From: a virus
Strand: one strand, 5' to 3'
Virus record (IMG/VR): IMGVR_UViG_3300027710_001279
Span: 9,043-73,042 of that record
Length of the DNA stretch: 64,000 bases
Shown here: positions 8,708-18,663 of the stretch, piece by piece
How the letters are laid out: each line of letters starts with the position of its first letter
Position numbering within the stretch: position 1 is the stretch's first letter
Program-made: the position numbers and the translations under genes
The notes under the pieces: model-generated
Told to the model about the DNA's origin: nothing
The model's input: only the letters and a program-made list of their open reading frames with translations
The model's database searches: none

Positions 8708-10554
8708 AAAAGATATTATTTGCCCTAATGTTTTTATGCTCAAATGCATTTGCTGCTATCACTGATGGCAAGTTTGGTATCAATCAAATATTCGACGTGC
8801 AGTATTGGTGGAATGGTAATACACTAAACGCCAGTAACTTTATTGCTCCCTACAATAAAAACTTTCAAACAGTAACAGTTACCACAGGACAATACTTTCA
8901 GTTCTTTGCCAGCACGACTAATCCAGGAACCTACGGATTGAAGTTAATGAACAGCAACGGCACACAGCACAGTATTGTTCATGACACTGGCGATATCACT
9001 GCTTTAGGTAACGGTGCTATTTTCTATATCGGATCGGGATTCTTTGGCAACGTTATCACAACAGCAGCAGGCTACAACTATGGTGCTAGTGCTCAATTCA
9101 CTAACATGGATACAAGTGTTACTAGCAGTGACCTAAACAACTATACATTTGCCAGCACAACACCGTTGGCAGCAGGACAAACAGCGGCACCAGCAACTCC
9201 TACAGTTGATTGGAAAACGATTAAGACTAATAGCACACCTGTAGTAATCAGTGCTATTACTCCAACAAGTTATAACAGTCCTGCAGGTGAAGGTGCAGCC
9301 AATGCGTTTGACGGCAACACAGGAACAAAGTATCTAAACTTTGACAAAAAGAACGCCGGTGTTACAGTTAAACTAAGTCAAGGTCGTGTAGTTCAAAAGT
9401 TTACTATTACCACAGCCAATGACTTCAGTGGCCGCGATCCTACCAGTTACAAACTCTATGGCAGTAATAACGGCACTAACTGGACATTGATTAAACAAGA
9501 CACACTAAGTTTAAGTGAGTCTAGGTATTGGACTAGTCCTGAAATAGCGACAGGCAACACTACTGCCTATGTCTATTACTTTATTCTATTCCCCACAACT
9601 AAGTCAGGTGACGGTTGTGGATTAAATTGTGACAGTATGCAGATTGGTGAAGTTACATACTACTATGATCTAAATGATGGTGTTACTAGCACTGACTCTG
9701 GATCAGGTGGCACACCTAGTAATCCAGGAACAGCAGGCAGTGTCTGTGCTGACTGTGCTCCTACATGGCCAGCAACCAGTGATATTACTGTTGGTCAAAC
9801 TGCACAAAAGAATTCAGCAAAGAGCCGTGTATCAAACATTGTATTAGGCAACAGTCTACATCTTGAACAAAAGATCGGTAGTAGTGGTAACAGTGTAACT
9901 ATCGAACAGACCGGAAACTACAATAAGATTGCAGGCTTAGGTGGCAACACATACTCTGTCATTGACGGTGACAACAATAATATCAATATTAAACAAGGTG
10001 ACACGCTAGGTAAGAACTTGATTGAGTTCAGTATTACTGGTAACAGTAACACAGTTGGTATATGGCAAAGCCGTAATCCTACAACTGGACTACAAGATGG
10101 CAGTGAAAGTGGTGGACACTACATGGGTCTAAATATCACAGGCAGCACCAACACATTGTCGTTGAAACAAAGCAATGACGGTGGCACAACTAGTGGACAC
10201 TTTGCCTACATTGATATCACAGGTAACAACAATCAAGGCACACTAAAGCAAATGGGCAATGGTGAGAAAACATTCTTTGGCATTGTCAATGGAAATACTA
10301 ATGTGTTTGATGTTACTCAACAAGGGAGTGGAAGCTACTTTGATCTAAGTTTAACAGGCACAGGACATAATGTCACTGCCAACCAAAAGGACGCTGGCAG
10401 TCACAAAGCCACAATCAACTTGACCAATGCTGGTGGGTCTAGTACAGTCAATTTAATTCAGCAGGGTGCAACAGCACAAAACATCAACATTACTCAACAG
10501 TGTGCCACATTATCAGGATGTAGCGTTTCAGTAACGCAAGGCGGCGGACCATAG
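8704..10554 (+). CDS. Secreted protein with discoidin/F5-8-type carbohydrate-binding domain and C-terminal curlin repeats
   Basis: NAFDGNTGTKY...RDPTSYKLYGSNNGTNW domain; C-terminal QTGNYN, QGDTLG, QMGNGE, QQGSG repeats. Confidence 0.7.
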   Translation: MKKILFALMFLCSNAFAAITDGKFGINQIFDVQYWWNGNTLNASNFIAPYNKNFQTVTVTTGQYFQFFASTTNPGTYGLKLMNSNGTQHSIVHDTGDITALGNGAIFYIGSGFFGNVITTAAGYNYGASAQFTNMDTSVTSSDLNNYTFASTTPLAAGQTAAPATPTVDWKTIKTNSTPVVISAITPTSYNSPAGEGAANAFDGNTGTKYLNFDKKNAGVTVKLSQGRVVQKFTITTANDFSGRDPTSYKLYGSNNGTNWTLIKQDTLSLSESRYWTSPEIATGNTTAYVYYFILFPTTKSGDGCGLNCDSMQIGEVTYYYDLNDGVTSTDSGSGGTPSNPGTAGSVCADCAPTWPATSDITVGQTAQKNSAKSRVSNIVLGNSLHLEQKIGSSGNSVTIEQTGNYNKIAGLGGNTYSVIDGDNNNINIKQGDTLGKNLIEFSITGNSNTVGIWQSRNPTTGLQDGSESGGHYMGLNITGSTNTLSLKQSNDGGTTSGHFAYIDITGNNNQGTLKQMGNGEKTFFGIVNGNTNVFDVTQQGSGSYFDLSLTGTGHNVTANQKDAGSHKATINLTNAGGSSTVNLIQQGATAQNINITQQCATLSGCSVSVTQGGGP

Positions 10555-10555
10555 T

Positions 10556-10720
10556 ATGTTCAACGCCATTGGTTCATTGATGTTGGCAGGCATGCTGGCT
10601 CAAGAGCCAAGGTGTGTAAAATGGACATGGACAGGCGATGTCTATAATCGCAGAGTGGTATGCCTAGAATGGGACAAACCTCCCAAGCCACCTAAAGATA
10701 AGGATCCTAAGAAAACATGA
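10556..10720 (+). CDS. Small hypothetical protein (54 aa, not in ORF track)
   Basis: MFNAIGSLMLAGMLAQEPRCVKWTWTGDVYNRRVVCLEW...; fills the gap and overlaps the next gene by ATGA. Confidence 0.65.
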   Translation: MFNAIGSLMLAGMLAQEPRCVKWTWTGDVYNRRVVCLEWDKPPKPPKDKDPKKT

Positions 10721-11202
10721 TTGATCCTATCACAATTGGTATTGCTTTCACGGCCGCACAACAGTCGGTGGGCTATATTAAAAAAGCCATTGCCCTAGGC
10801 AAAGACGTTAACAGTCTCTACGGGCAGTTTGCCCGATTCTTTGAAAACAGTGATAAAATTCACTCTGCCAGCATAGAGGTACAAAACAGTAAAAAAATTC
10901 TCACAGATGGGCAGATTCGGGCCATGTCAATACAGATTGCCATGCAGAGTAAAGCTCTGCGGTCCGCTGAAAAAGAACTAAAAGAGATGCTGATATACTC
11001 GGGTAATAGTGATGTCTGGGATGAAATGATGGCTGAGCGTGTGCGTATGTACAAGGAGAGAGCCAAGTTAGAAGCAGATATAAAAAATGCTAGGATCCAA
11101 GCACAGTCTGATATGATAGATCGAGTACTTATAGGTATAAGTTTTATGGCAATAGCTATACCTGTTGTGCTTTTTACTTTTGCTATGATAGTAAGGTCCT
11201 AA
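10717..11202 (+). CDS. Hypothetical coiled-coil protein with C-terminal TM helix
   Basis: ORF track; MIDPITIG start; hydrophobic C-terminus. Confidence 0.6.
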   Translation: MIDPITIGIAFTAAQQSVGYIKKAIALGKDVNSLYGQFARFFENSDKIHSASIEVQNSKKILTDGQIRAMSIQIAMQSKALRSAEKELKEMLIYSGNSDVWDEMMAERVRMYKERAKLEADIKNARIQAQSDMIDRVLIGISFMAIAIPVVLFTFAMIVRS

Positions 11203-11217
11203 CCGCATAAATATTCA

Positions 11218-11529
11218 ATGCGTTTCGATGACTTCACAAAGCGACCTGTCCAACCACAGAGTCCACTAACTTATACAGAAAGTTTACAGGCTAAACTTGA
11301 TGCCCAAATGGCAGTTAAACCTGCTCCTAAATTCACAGCTTTAGAGTATGCTATGATGGAAGGTGGCCATAGTTTAGAAGAAAGCTACGGTGAAACATTT
11401 GGCCAAGCTGGAAAAGAAAAAACTAAAATAATGCGTAAACATAATATTAAACCAGGCGATGCAGAATGGTTTAAATTGTGGTTTAGTCTTCCTTACATGA
11501 CTGGAGAGAAACCCAATGAAAGTAAGTGA
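11218..11529 (+). CDS. Hypothetical phage protein
   Basis: ORF preceded by ATAAATA; KPGDAEWFKLWFSLP. Confidence 0.6.
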   Translation: MRFDDFTKRPVQPQSPLTYTESLQAKLDAQMAVKPAPKFTALEYAMMEGGHSLEESYGETFGQAGKEKTKIMRKHNIKPGDAEWFKLWFSLPYMTGEKPNESK

Positions 11530-11710
11530 GATATTAGAAAACTTTGCTGATGGTCGTAATCCACAAGACAAAGGTGATAGTAAACGTCACGGTATCAATA
11601 CTAAAGCATCAGTAAGTAGTTTACGTAAGACTGCTAAACAAGGTGGCCGCAAAGGTCAACTAGCACATTGGCTAGCTAATATGAAATCAGGGAGGGCTAA
11701 AAAGAAATGA
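11516..11710 (+). CDS. Small basic protein, CTS-like N-terminus
   Basis: MKVSEILE start; very K/R-rich. Confidence 0.6.
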   Translation: MKVSEILENFADGRNPQDKGDSKRHGINTKASVSSLRKTAKQGGRKGQLAHWLANMKSGRAKKK

Positions 11711-11997
11711 GAGCCTACGAATTTATTAATGAAGATTGGAATAAGGTTAACAAGCAAGATAAAACTGACGGACTAAGTCAGAAAGCTGTTAATGCTTATC
11801 GCAGAGAGAATCCAGGTAGTAAATTAAAGACTGCCGTTACTACTAAGCCCAGTAAATTAAAAGCAGGCAGCAAGGATGCTAAACGCCGCAAGAGTTTCTG
11901 TGCTCGTATGTCGGGTAACAAAGGTCCTATGAAAGACGAGAAGGGTCGCCCTACTCCAAAAGCAAAAGCACTAAGTCGATGGAACTGTGAAGAATGA
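11707..11997 (+). CDS. Small basic phage protein (RRKSFCARM type), CTS-like N-terminus
   Basis: MRAYEFINE start; KRRKSFCARM...KALSRWNC. Confidence 0.7.
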   Translation: MRAYEFINEDWNKVNKQDKTDGLSQKAVNAYRRENPGSKLKTAVTTKPSKLKAGSKDAKRRKSFCARMSGNKGPMKDEKGRPTPKAKALSRWNCEE

Positions 11998-14057
11998 AAA
12001 AAATATTATTAAGCCCCTGGTTGGCAATAGTAACACTTGCCCTAATAGTAGGTGTTCGATTTGCTGATCTAAGTTTTGTAGAATCGGTTAGACTTCGTTA
12101 CTTTGACCAATTGGTTACCAGCCAACCCGCCAAAGATATACCTGTACACACAGTTAACATCGACGAGGCAGCATTAGACAAGTACGGCCAGTATCCTTTT
12201 AGTCGTGACATTTATGCACAAATCATTCAAGAACTCTACAAAAGAGAAGCTGGATTAGTTGTTTTTAATATATTAATGCCTGAAAAAGACAGGTTTAAAC
12301 AAGACCCTGTGCTAGCACGTACTTTAGAACAATATCCAGTTATATTGCCCAACCTTGGAAGTATGTCTTCAAAGAATACAGCACACGGAAGCCCTGCCGC
12401 TATCATCGGTCAAGATCCTGCAGGCCGAGTAGTAGAATATCCAGGCATTATCAGTAACGTAGACATGTTAGGTGAACGTGCTGCCGGTGTTGGTATGGTA
12501 AACACATTCCCAGAGATTGATGGTGTTGTTCGTCGGACTCCTTTAGTGATTTACAGTCAAGAACATTTGTATCCTAGCCTAGCATTAGAGACACTGCGTG
12601 TCGCTGCCAAAGACAAAAACTTCCAAATTAAGATTGGAGAGATGGGTGTAGAAGCACTGCGTATTCCTAAGTTTGGTAAGATACCTACAGACGGATTAAG
12701 TCGTGTATGGATTGATTGGTCAGCAACTCCTCAACAGCATAGTCTAGTAGACTTGCCAGAATCATTTAAAGGTGAGATAGTTATTGTAGGTGTTAGTGCC
12801 GCAGGACTAGTCCAACCCGTTGCTACCAGCAAAGGCGAAATATGGCCACAAGATTTACAAGCGGCTGCTATGGGAACAATGTTAAGTGGCACCACTATAC
12901 AACGTCCTGAGTGGGCTGACCAGGCTGAAATATTAGCACTGATCCTTGCAGGTGCATTACTATTATTTTTAACAAGGTGGATGTATGTTGGAATTGCGAC
13001 AATGGTTGTATTGGCTGTTGGTAGTGTGTTCGCTAGTATGTACGCTTATAGTGGGCTTCATATTTTATTTGATACTACCGCTTTTACCCTTGGAATTGTA
13101 TTGGTTGCTTTACATGCCTATACAGTAAAATTCTTAGATGAGTTCTTCCAGAAGTCACAAATTAAAAAACAATTTGGTTCTTACGTAAATCCTATTATTG
13201 TAGAACGCTTACAAAAAGATCCTAGTTTTATTAAACTAGGCGGTGAGAAGAAAGAACTTACTGTTATGATGAGTGACATGCGTAACTTCACCGGGCTCGG
13301 AGAGACCTACGGAGATGACGTCGTAGCATTTACAGAAACAATGAATCGTTACATGACTGCCATTGCTGAACCTATTCTACGCAACAACGGTTGCTTGATC
13401 AAGTTCATTGGTGATGCAAGTTTACATGTTCACGGTGCTCCTATTCAAGAAGCACAAGATCCTGACCACGTGCTAGCAGGAATTCGCACAGGTTTAGAAA
13501 TGTTACATGCCGTTGAGTTGTTTAACATTGAATTAGAAAAAGAAGGTAAGCCAAAGGTAGGATGTGGATTAGGTATTAACACAGGACCTACATTGATTGG
13601 TAACATTGGAAGTAAAGACCGTTTTGCCTATGACGTCTTAGGCGACAGTGTTAGTTTAACAGCACGACTAGAAGGCCAAACAAAGAACTATGGTGTGTTA
13701 ATTATCATCAGTGAATCCACACAGTCTAGAGTAGGAGATGCGTATTTTACACTGCCTTTAGATTGTATTGCAGTTAAAGGTAAGAACATAGGTGTTAATA
13801 TCTTTACTGTGTTCTACAATCCAGATGAAACTGTAGCAGAAGCATGGTATAGTGCTAGAGAGCATCATGAACTAATGCTACAATATTATCGCGAACAACA
13901 ATGGGACAAGGCCATTAGTATGTGTCAAGAACTAACTGGTGAGTTCTACGGTAACATGGATCATTACTACGAACTGTGGATTGAACGTATTGCTGAAATG
14001 CGCTCTAGAGATCTTCCTGCAGACTGGGACGGTACTTACAGGGCTACGAGCAAGTAA
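11994..14057 (+). CDS. CHASE2-domain class III adenylate/guanylate cyclase
   Basis: N-terminal TM, CHASE2 (VNIDEAAL..YGQYPFSR, DGVVRR), TM helices, cyclase motifs SDMRNFT, KFIGDA, GINTG, YDVLGDSVSLTARLE. Confidence 0.93.
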   Translation: MKKILLSPWLAIVTLALIVGVRFADLSFVESVRLRYFDQLVTSQPAKDIPVHTVNIDEAALDKYGQYPFSRDIYAQIIQELYKREAGLVVFNILMPEKDRFKQDPVLARTLEQYPVILPNLGSMSSKNTAHGSPAAIIGQDPAGRVVEYPGIISNVDMLGERAAGVGMVNTFPEIDGVVRRTPLVIYSQEHLYPSLALETLRVAAKDKNFQIKIGEMGVEALRIPKFGKIPTDGLSRVWIDWSATPQQHSLVDLPESFKGEIVIVGVSAAGLVQPVATSKGEIWPQDLQAAAMGTMLSGTTIQRPEWADQAEILALILAGALLLFLTRWMYVGIATMVVLAVGSVFASMYAYSGLHILFDTTAFTLGIVLVALHAYTVKFLDEFFQKSQIKKQFGSYVNPIIVERLQKDPSFIKLGGEKKELTVMMSDMRNFTGLGETYGDDVVAFTETMNRYMTAIAEPILRNNGCLIKFIGDASLHVHGAPIQEAQDPDHVLAGIRTGLEMLHAVELFNIELEKEGKPKVGCGLGINTGPTLIGNIGSKDRFAYDVLGDSVSLTARLEGQTKNYGVLIIISESTQSRVGDAYFTLPLDCIAVKGKNIGVNIFTVFYNPDETVAEAWYSAREHHELMLQYYREQQWDKAISMCQELTGEFYGNMDHYYELWIERIAEMRSRDLPADWDGTYRATSK

Positions 14058-14762
14058 TTAAGATCGAATCTTTGCCAAGCCTACTGTTCTAAATAGTGTA
14101 AGCCACATCCACCCTAGGTCAAACTCAAACCAACGACGGCTCATTTTAGGACTGGCTGGATCAAGGTGATGGTTGTTGTGTAGTTCTTCACCACCAATGA
14201 TAATACCCCAGGGGCTAAAATTTGTACTGCGGTCTTTGGTCTCACCGTTACGATATCCTAGCCAATGGCCAACACCGTTGACAACACCTGCGGCCCAGAA
14301 TGGAATCCATATCATTTGTATACCCCACACTAACAATCCCCATGAGCCAAAAAGAACAAGGTCTATGACCAGCATTAAAGCTATGCCCAGGCGACTGTGT
14401 GGAGTATATAATTTGCGTTCGATCCAATCATCGGGTGTGCCTACACCGTATTGATTAATCATTGCTGTATCTTTGCTGGCCGTATGATATAAGAAGGCTC
14501 CTTTGAACAGGACATTCCATATGCCAAATACGTGCGGGCTATGCGGATCGCCTTCTACATCGGTTGATCTATGATGCTTGCGGTGTATGGCAACCCATTG
14601 CTTGGTAATTTGTCCTGTGGTCATCCATAACCAGAAACGCATAAAGTGTGCTAATATGGGATGAAATTCTATTCCACGATGTGCTTGTCCACGGTGCAAA
14701 AACAAAGTGACGCATACTATGGTAATATGCGTCACTATTAGAGTATAAAGTATTAATAGCAT
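14058..14762 (-). CDS. desA: Membrane fatty-acid desaturase (delta-9, DesA-like)
   Basis: His boxes HRGQAH, HRKHH, HNNHH; DPHSP; WFEFDLGW. Confidence 0.92.
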   Translation of the reverse strand: MLLILYTLIVTHITIVCVTLFLHRGQAHRGIEFHPILAHFMRFWLWMTTGQITKQWVAIHRKHHRSTDVEGDPHSPHVFGIWNVLFKGAFLYHTASKDTAMINQYGVGTPDDWIERKLYTPHSRLGIALMLVIDLVLFGSWGLLVWGIQMIWIPFWAAGVVNGVGHWLGYRNGETKDRSTNFSPWGIIIGGEELHNNHHLDPASPKMSRRWFEFDLGWMWLTLFRTVGLAKIRS

Positions 14763-14769
14763 CTACTAT

Positions 14770-15120
14770 TTAATCATCTCCGGCAGAACCTTTTATTTCC
14801 TCTTTGGTTGCTTTCCGTTTACCTATTGGTAGATCTTCATCTGCTGTCTTATTAATCTCAGCTTCTGCCCTAACACGCTCACGTTCAATGGTCTTGCCAC
14901 GCAGTTCCATAACAGTTTCAACCTTTTGATTTAATCTTATAAGGTCGTTGTCCAACATACGAATGCGATCAATAAGAGCAATAAGAGTTCCATTAGCTTG
15001 TCCTATAACAGGTTTGATTTCTGTGGTCACCCATGTCCACACATAGTAAATGAAATATCCCATGCCGCCAGCGGCTACAATAGGGAATCCATATTTGTTT
15101 ACTAATTCTACTGGATCCAT
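14770..15120 (-). CDS. Small membrane protein (GFPI motif)
   Basis: KYGFPIVAAGGMGYF TM plus coiled coil; paralog of 16145..16423. Confidence 0.6.
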   Translation of the reverse strand: MDPVELVNKYGFPIVAAGGMGYFIYYVWTWVTTEIKPVIGQANGTLIALIDRIRMLDNDLIRLNQKVETVMELRGKTIERERVRAEAEINKTADEDLPIGKRKATKEEIKGSAGDD

Positions 15121-15129
15121 ATATACTCC

Positions 15130-16143
15130 TTATCTTACCCAATACCAAATAACACCTGGATGAGCACCATCTTGGATATTAGCCAACCACGGTGCTGGTT
15201 CCCATCCACCAGGTGTGATCAATGTTCCCCACCAACCGCCACGGAATCCGTCTGTGGTCAACCAGCCATGGTTGATGCCAATACCTACCCAAGGCATACG
15301 TGCTTCCATGTCATCATAACCGTAGTTCCATGTTTGACCAGTGTCATTGTTGCCAAAACGTGCTAATTCTGTAATGTTCTTACGCCAGCCGGGTGTGCCC
15401 AACTGTTCATCACCAAAGTCAGCACCATCAACAATAGTTTGAGTAAATGAGTATGCTTCGTTAGCAGTCCACGCACCACCTAGTGATCCGTGTTCACGAG
15501 CAGTGATCATAAAATCAAATCCTGAGTCTGCTCGTTTGATCTTGTTAGCCCAACTTAAGATACTGTAGTTTTGTTCAACTGAACGATTGTTGTATTGGGC
15601 CAGTTGAGTAGGGCAAGTGGTAGCGTTGCGACTAAACACTTGTTCTTCTGTCCAGTTACTAATAGAATTTTGAACGATTAATGTCCAGCCACCGCCTAAG
15701 GTAGTCATGTCACAGTAGACAGCAAAGGGATTGCCATCGTTGATGTCATCGTTTTGTATCCAGTATACACCATCTTCACTGTCTGGATAGTCTTGTTTGA
15801 TCTGCCAAGCACTGGTGCTGTATTCTTCTCTAGTCAATCCAGTGTTTAATCCTAGTGCTAGATTACGTGCTTTAAGTTCTGCTTTCTCTCTTGCTAGGAT
15901 AGCCGCTTCGGTTGTGCGTAGTGAGGCAGTTAATGTCGAACGATCTGCGATACTCAGCGTGTCATAATAGTTTAATATAGTTTCTTGATTCACAATCTCT
16001 TCCTCTGTTTCAGCACCGATATCCTGATTGGCAATTTCTTCACGGTAATCATTTACGGGTTTTGATACTAACTTTCCGTCCGGAGTTCTTACCCAAGTAA
16101 AATCGCTGGTGTATTCTTTGCCATTCCATACAGATACAACCAT
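15130..16143 (-). CDS. Fibrinogen-like domain protein
   Basis: DGVYWI...VYCDMTTLGGGWTLI; start placed at ATG 16143 just after the upstream stop. Confidence 0.75.
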   Translation of the reverse strand: MVVSVWNGKEYTSDFTWVRTPDGKLVSKPVNDYREEIANQDIGAETEEEIVNQETILNYYDTLSIADRSTLTASLRTTEAAILAREKAELKARNLALGLNTGLTREEYSTSAWQIKQDYPDSEDGVYWIQNDDINDGNPFAVYCDMTTLGGGWTLIVQNSISNWTEEQVFSRNATTCPTQLAQYNNRSVEQNYSILSWANKIKRADSGFDFMITAREHGSLGGAWTANEAYSFTQTIVDGADFGDEQLGTPGWRKNITELARFGNNDTGQTWNYGYDDMEARMPWVGIGINHGWLTTDGFRGGWWGTLITPGGWEPAPWLANIQDGAHPGVIWYWVR

Positions 16144-16144
16144 G

Positions 16145-16423
16145 TTAGTCTTTCCTTTGATCTGCTTGCTCTGCACGACTAATTCTGTCGTAATCAGGTT
16201 GTAGGCCTAGTGCATGACTTACTTTAACATCAATACGTTGAAGTTGGTTGGTCATAGTATCAACACGGCTGTCTAAGCCTTTAATGATACCACCCATACC
16301 ATTGACACTGGATGTAACTCCAGCAAGGATGAATTTTAGTGTAAGGAAAACAAAGTAGCCAGCAGCCATGGCACCTGCAATAGGAAAGCCAAGCTCTGCT
16401 ACTAATTTAAAGAAATCTCCCAT
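16145..16423 (-). CDS. Small membrane protein (GFPI motif)
   Basis: ELGFPIAGAMAAGYF; SD GGAG upstream; paralog of 14770..15120. Confidence 0.6.
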   Translation of the reverse strand: MGDFFKLVAELGFPIAGAMAAGYFVFLTLKFILAGVTSSVNGMGGIIKGLDSRVDTMTNQLQRIDVKVSHALGLQPDYDRISRAEQADQRKD

Positions 16424-16483
16424 ATTTTGCTCCCAGTGTATTATATTTACATATAATGATTTGGGGAAAATATGGGTATATAA

Positions 16484-17197
16484 TTATTCTTCTAGCCACC
16501 AAGCAGGAGATTCTTGACGCACCTGGCATACAAAGTCAGCGTCACGAGGAACGCCCGGAGGGCAACTTGGATCAGGTACCGCAGCCATACCAGGTGCAAA
16601 CTCACCCCAGCGATCGCCTTTAAAGTCTTTGTTTACATGAGTGTAGGGTGTCCAAAACTCTGCACAAATATTTTGATATGTGGAGTAAGGTACCTTTTCG
16701 TTGTTCCAGGCAATAAAACGTTTAACACTATCGCCTGCAATAATTTGAATATTGTTTTCGGCAAACTTATGTCGTGGGCACCAGAATGTAGTCCATCCAG
16801 ATTCTAAACTGTTTACGTAGTCTTGCATACGTTCAGAGATAATAAACGCATCCGACTCAACGTGAATGATTTTTTCAAACCCGTATTTCTCTGCATAGGC
16901 TGCGGCAAACATATAACTTCTATACCAACCTGGATATACAGCGTGTCCACTGTAACCTAGGTTCTGAGCAAAGTGATAGATCACTGCGCGGCTTTCAGGA
17001 CATTCGTCCGGTAGTTGATTTTCTTGAATAACTTCTACGCCTTCCCATCCGGGCATCATGGCGCTACCATCATCAATGAATAATATTTGATCATATTCGA
17101 GCTTACTATTCTCCAAGGCGTTAGCCCATCGTCCAAATAGTCCGTCCCAACGTGCTTGATCGTTTGAGTAAGATGTGCAAAATACTAATGTTTTCAT
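16484..17197 (-). CDS. Putative glycosyltransferase (GT-A-like)
   Basis: ILFIDDGS and IIHVESDA motifs. Confidence 0.55.
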   Translation of the reverse strand: MKTLVFCTSYSNDQARWDGLFGRWANALENSKLEYDQILFIDDGSAMMPGWEGVEVIQENQLPDECPESRAVIYHFAQNLGYSGHAVYPGWYRSYMFAAAYAEKYGFEKIIHVESDAFIISERMQDYVNSLESGWTTFWCPRHKFAENNIQIIAGDSVKRFIAWNNEKVPYSTYQNICAEFWTPYTHVNKDFKGDRWGEFAPGMAAVPDPSCPPGVPRDADFVCQVRQESPAWWLEE

Positions 17198-17220
17198 AAC
17201 ATTAATTATACACAAAAGAC

Positions 17221-17249
17221 TTGACAAGAGCAAATCAAGGCTGTATCAT
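17221..17249 (+). promoter_or_regulatory. sigma70-type promoter of the sugar cluster
   Basis: TTGACA-17-TATCAT. Confidence 0.6.
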
Positions 17250-17302
17250 ATTTGTTATAGTGCAGATAAAAATAATTTAAATACTGCAGAACAGAGGATT
17301 CA

Positions 17303-18103
17303 ATGACAAACCGATTAACTTTTAGCCACAGCGGCACATTTGGCGATACTATCTACAGTATGTGCCCAGTAAAAATACTAGGTGGGGGAGATGTTTATAT
17401 TAAACTCAACGGAATGAACGAAGTATCGTGGAACGCATTTGGAGCACCAAACGCAGGACCACACGCAGGTAGATACACACAGCAAGACATAGACTTTTTA
17501 TTCCCACTGCTAGAAAAACAAAGTTACATTCACAAATTAGACTTGTGGCGTAACGAAACAGTAGATCACGATCTAGCCGATCATTATAAATTTACCACAG
17601 GACCCAAAGGTTGGCAAGGAAATCAAACTGAATGCGCTGCCTTAGTCTGCGGATTAGATCTCGACGAACATCGTCAAGCATTATTAATTGATCCATGGTT
17701 AGATGCTGTTGAACCTATCCGCATCAATAATCGTCCTATTGTTATCAACAGAACGCCACGTTATCTACAAGGTGGTGATCCTAATGCTCCTACTTGGCGC
17801 AAGTGGGTTGAAGATGGCTTAGATGACGTTGCTGTATTCTTAGGCACACAAGAAGAAGCAGATGCGTTTAATCGTCAGTTTAGTTGTAATGTACCTTATC
17901 ACAAAGTTGAGGATATGTTAGAGATGGCACGTATTATTCAAGGTGCTGAACAGGTTATGGCTAATCAAAGTATTGTTATGTCCCTAGCTATTGGCCTAGG
18001 TAAAACATTCTGGTGTGAAACTAGAAAAGACTATGACAACTATCGCAGTCCTAGAGGCTGGGGAGATGTTTGGTTTCCCCGTGTTAATGGATTCTACTTC
18101 TAA
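17303..18103 (+). CDS. Putative glycosyltransferase (GT9/heptosyltransferase-like)
   Basis: HSGTFGD N-terminus; ARIIQGAEQVMANQS...AIGLGK. Confidence 0.5.
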   Translation: MTNRLTFSHSGTFGDTIYSMCPVKILGGGDVYIKLNGMNEVSWNAFGAPNAGPHAGRYTQQDIDFLFPLLEKQSYIHKLDLWRNETVDHDLADHYKFTTGPKGWQGNQTECAALVCGLDLDEHRQALLIDPWLDAVEPIRINNRPIVINRTPRYLQGGDPNAPTWRKWVEDGLDDVAVFLGTQEEADAFNRQFSCNVPYHKVEDMLEMARIIQGAEQVMANQSIVMSLAIGLGKTFWCETRKDYDNYRSPRGWGDVWFPRVNGFYF

Positions 18104-18663
18104 TGATTGAAGTTATAGATCTACCTTTGAAAGATGCAAAGGTAATAAAATTAAAACGACATACTGATAACCGTGGCTGGTTCACTGAAACATTTAGGCA
18201 GGAATGGCTCGACCAAGCAGGCATTACATCTAATTTTATATTTGACTTTTACAGTTTTAGCATCAAAGCAGGAACAGTAAGAGGCATGCATGGTCAAACT
18301 AGTAATGCACCACAGGCTAAATTAGTCAGCGTTCTTAATGGTAGCATCTATGATGTGTTAGTTGATGCTAGACTAGACAGTCCTACATATGGACAAAGTT
18401 GCGGAGTTACTATTTCAAAAGACGAGCCTAGTCTTGTTTACATACCACGTGGTTTCTATCACGGATTCATTACACTAGATCCCAACACCTACGTTGGTTA
18501 CAGAGTAGACGGGTATCACAATGGCGCAGAAGAATGTGGCGTTATGTGGAATGATCCACAGTTAAAAATTAAATGGCCTCTGAATGATGAGCTAACTATT
18601 AGTCAGAGAGATCAAAGTCATCCAAGTTGGAATGACTGTTATAAATTTCAAGGAACACTATGA
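18103..18663 (+). CDS. rfbC: dTDP-4-dehydrorhamnose 3,5-epimerase
   Basis: DNRGWFTE, GTVRGMH, QAKLV, DVLVDARLDSPTYG, YIPRGFYHGF. Confidence 0.93.
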   Translation: MIEVIDLPLKDAKVIKLKRHTDNRGWFTETFRQEWLDQAGITSNFIFDFYSFSIKAGTVRGMHGQTSNAPQAKLVSVLNGSIYDVLVDARLDSPTYGQSCGVTISKDEPSLVYIPRGFYHGFITLDPNTYVGYRVDGYHNGAEECGVMWNDPQLKIKWPLNDELTISQRDQSHPSWNDCYKFQGTL

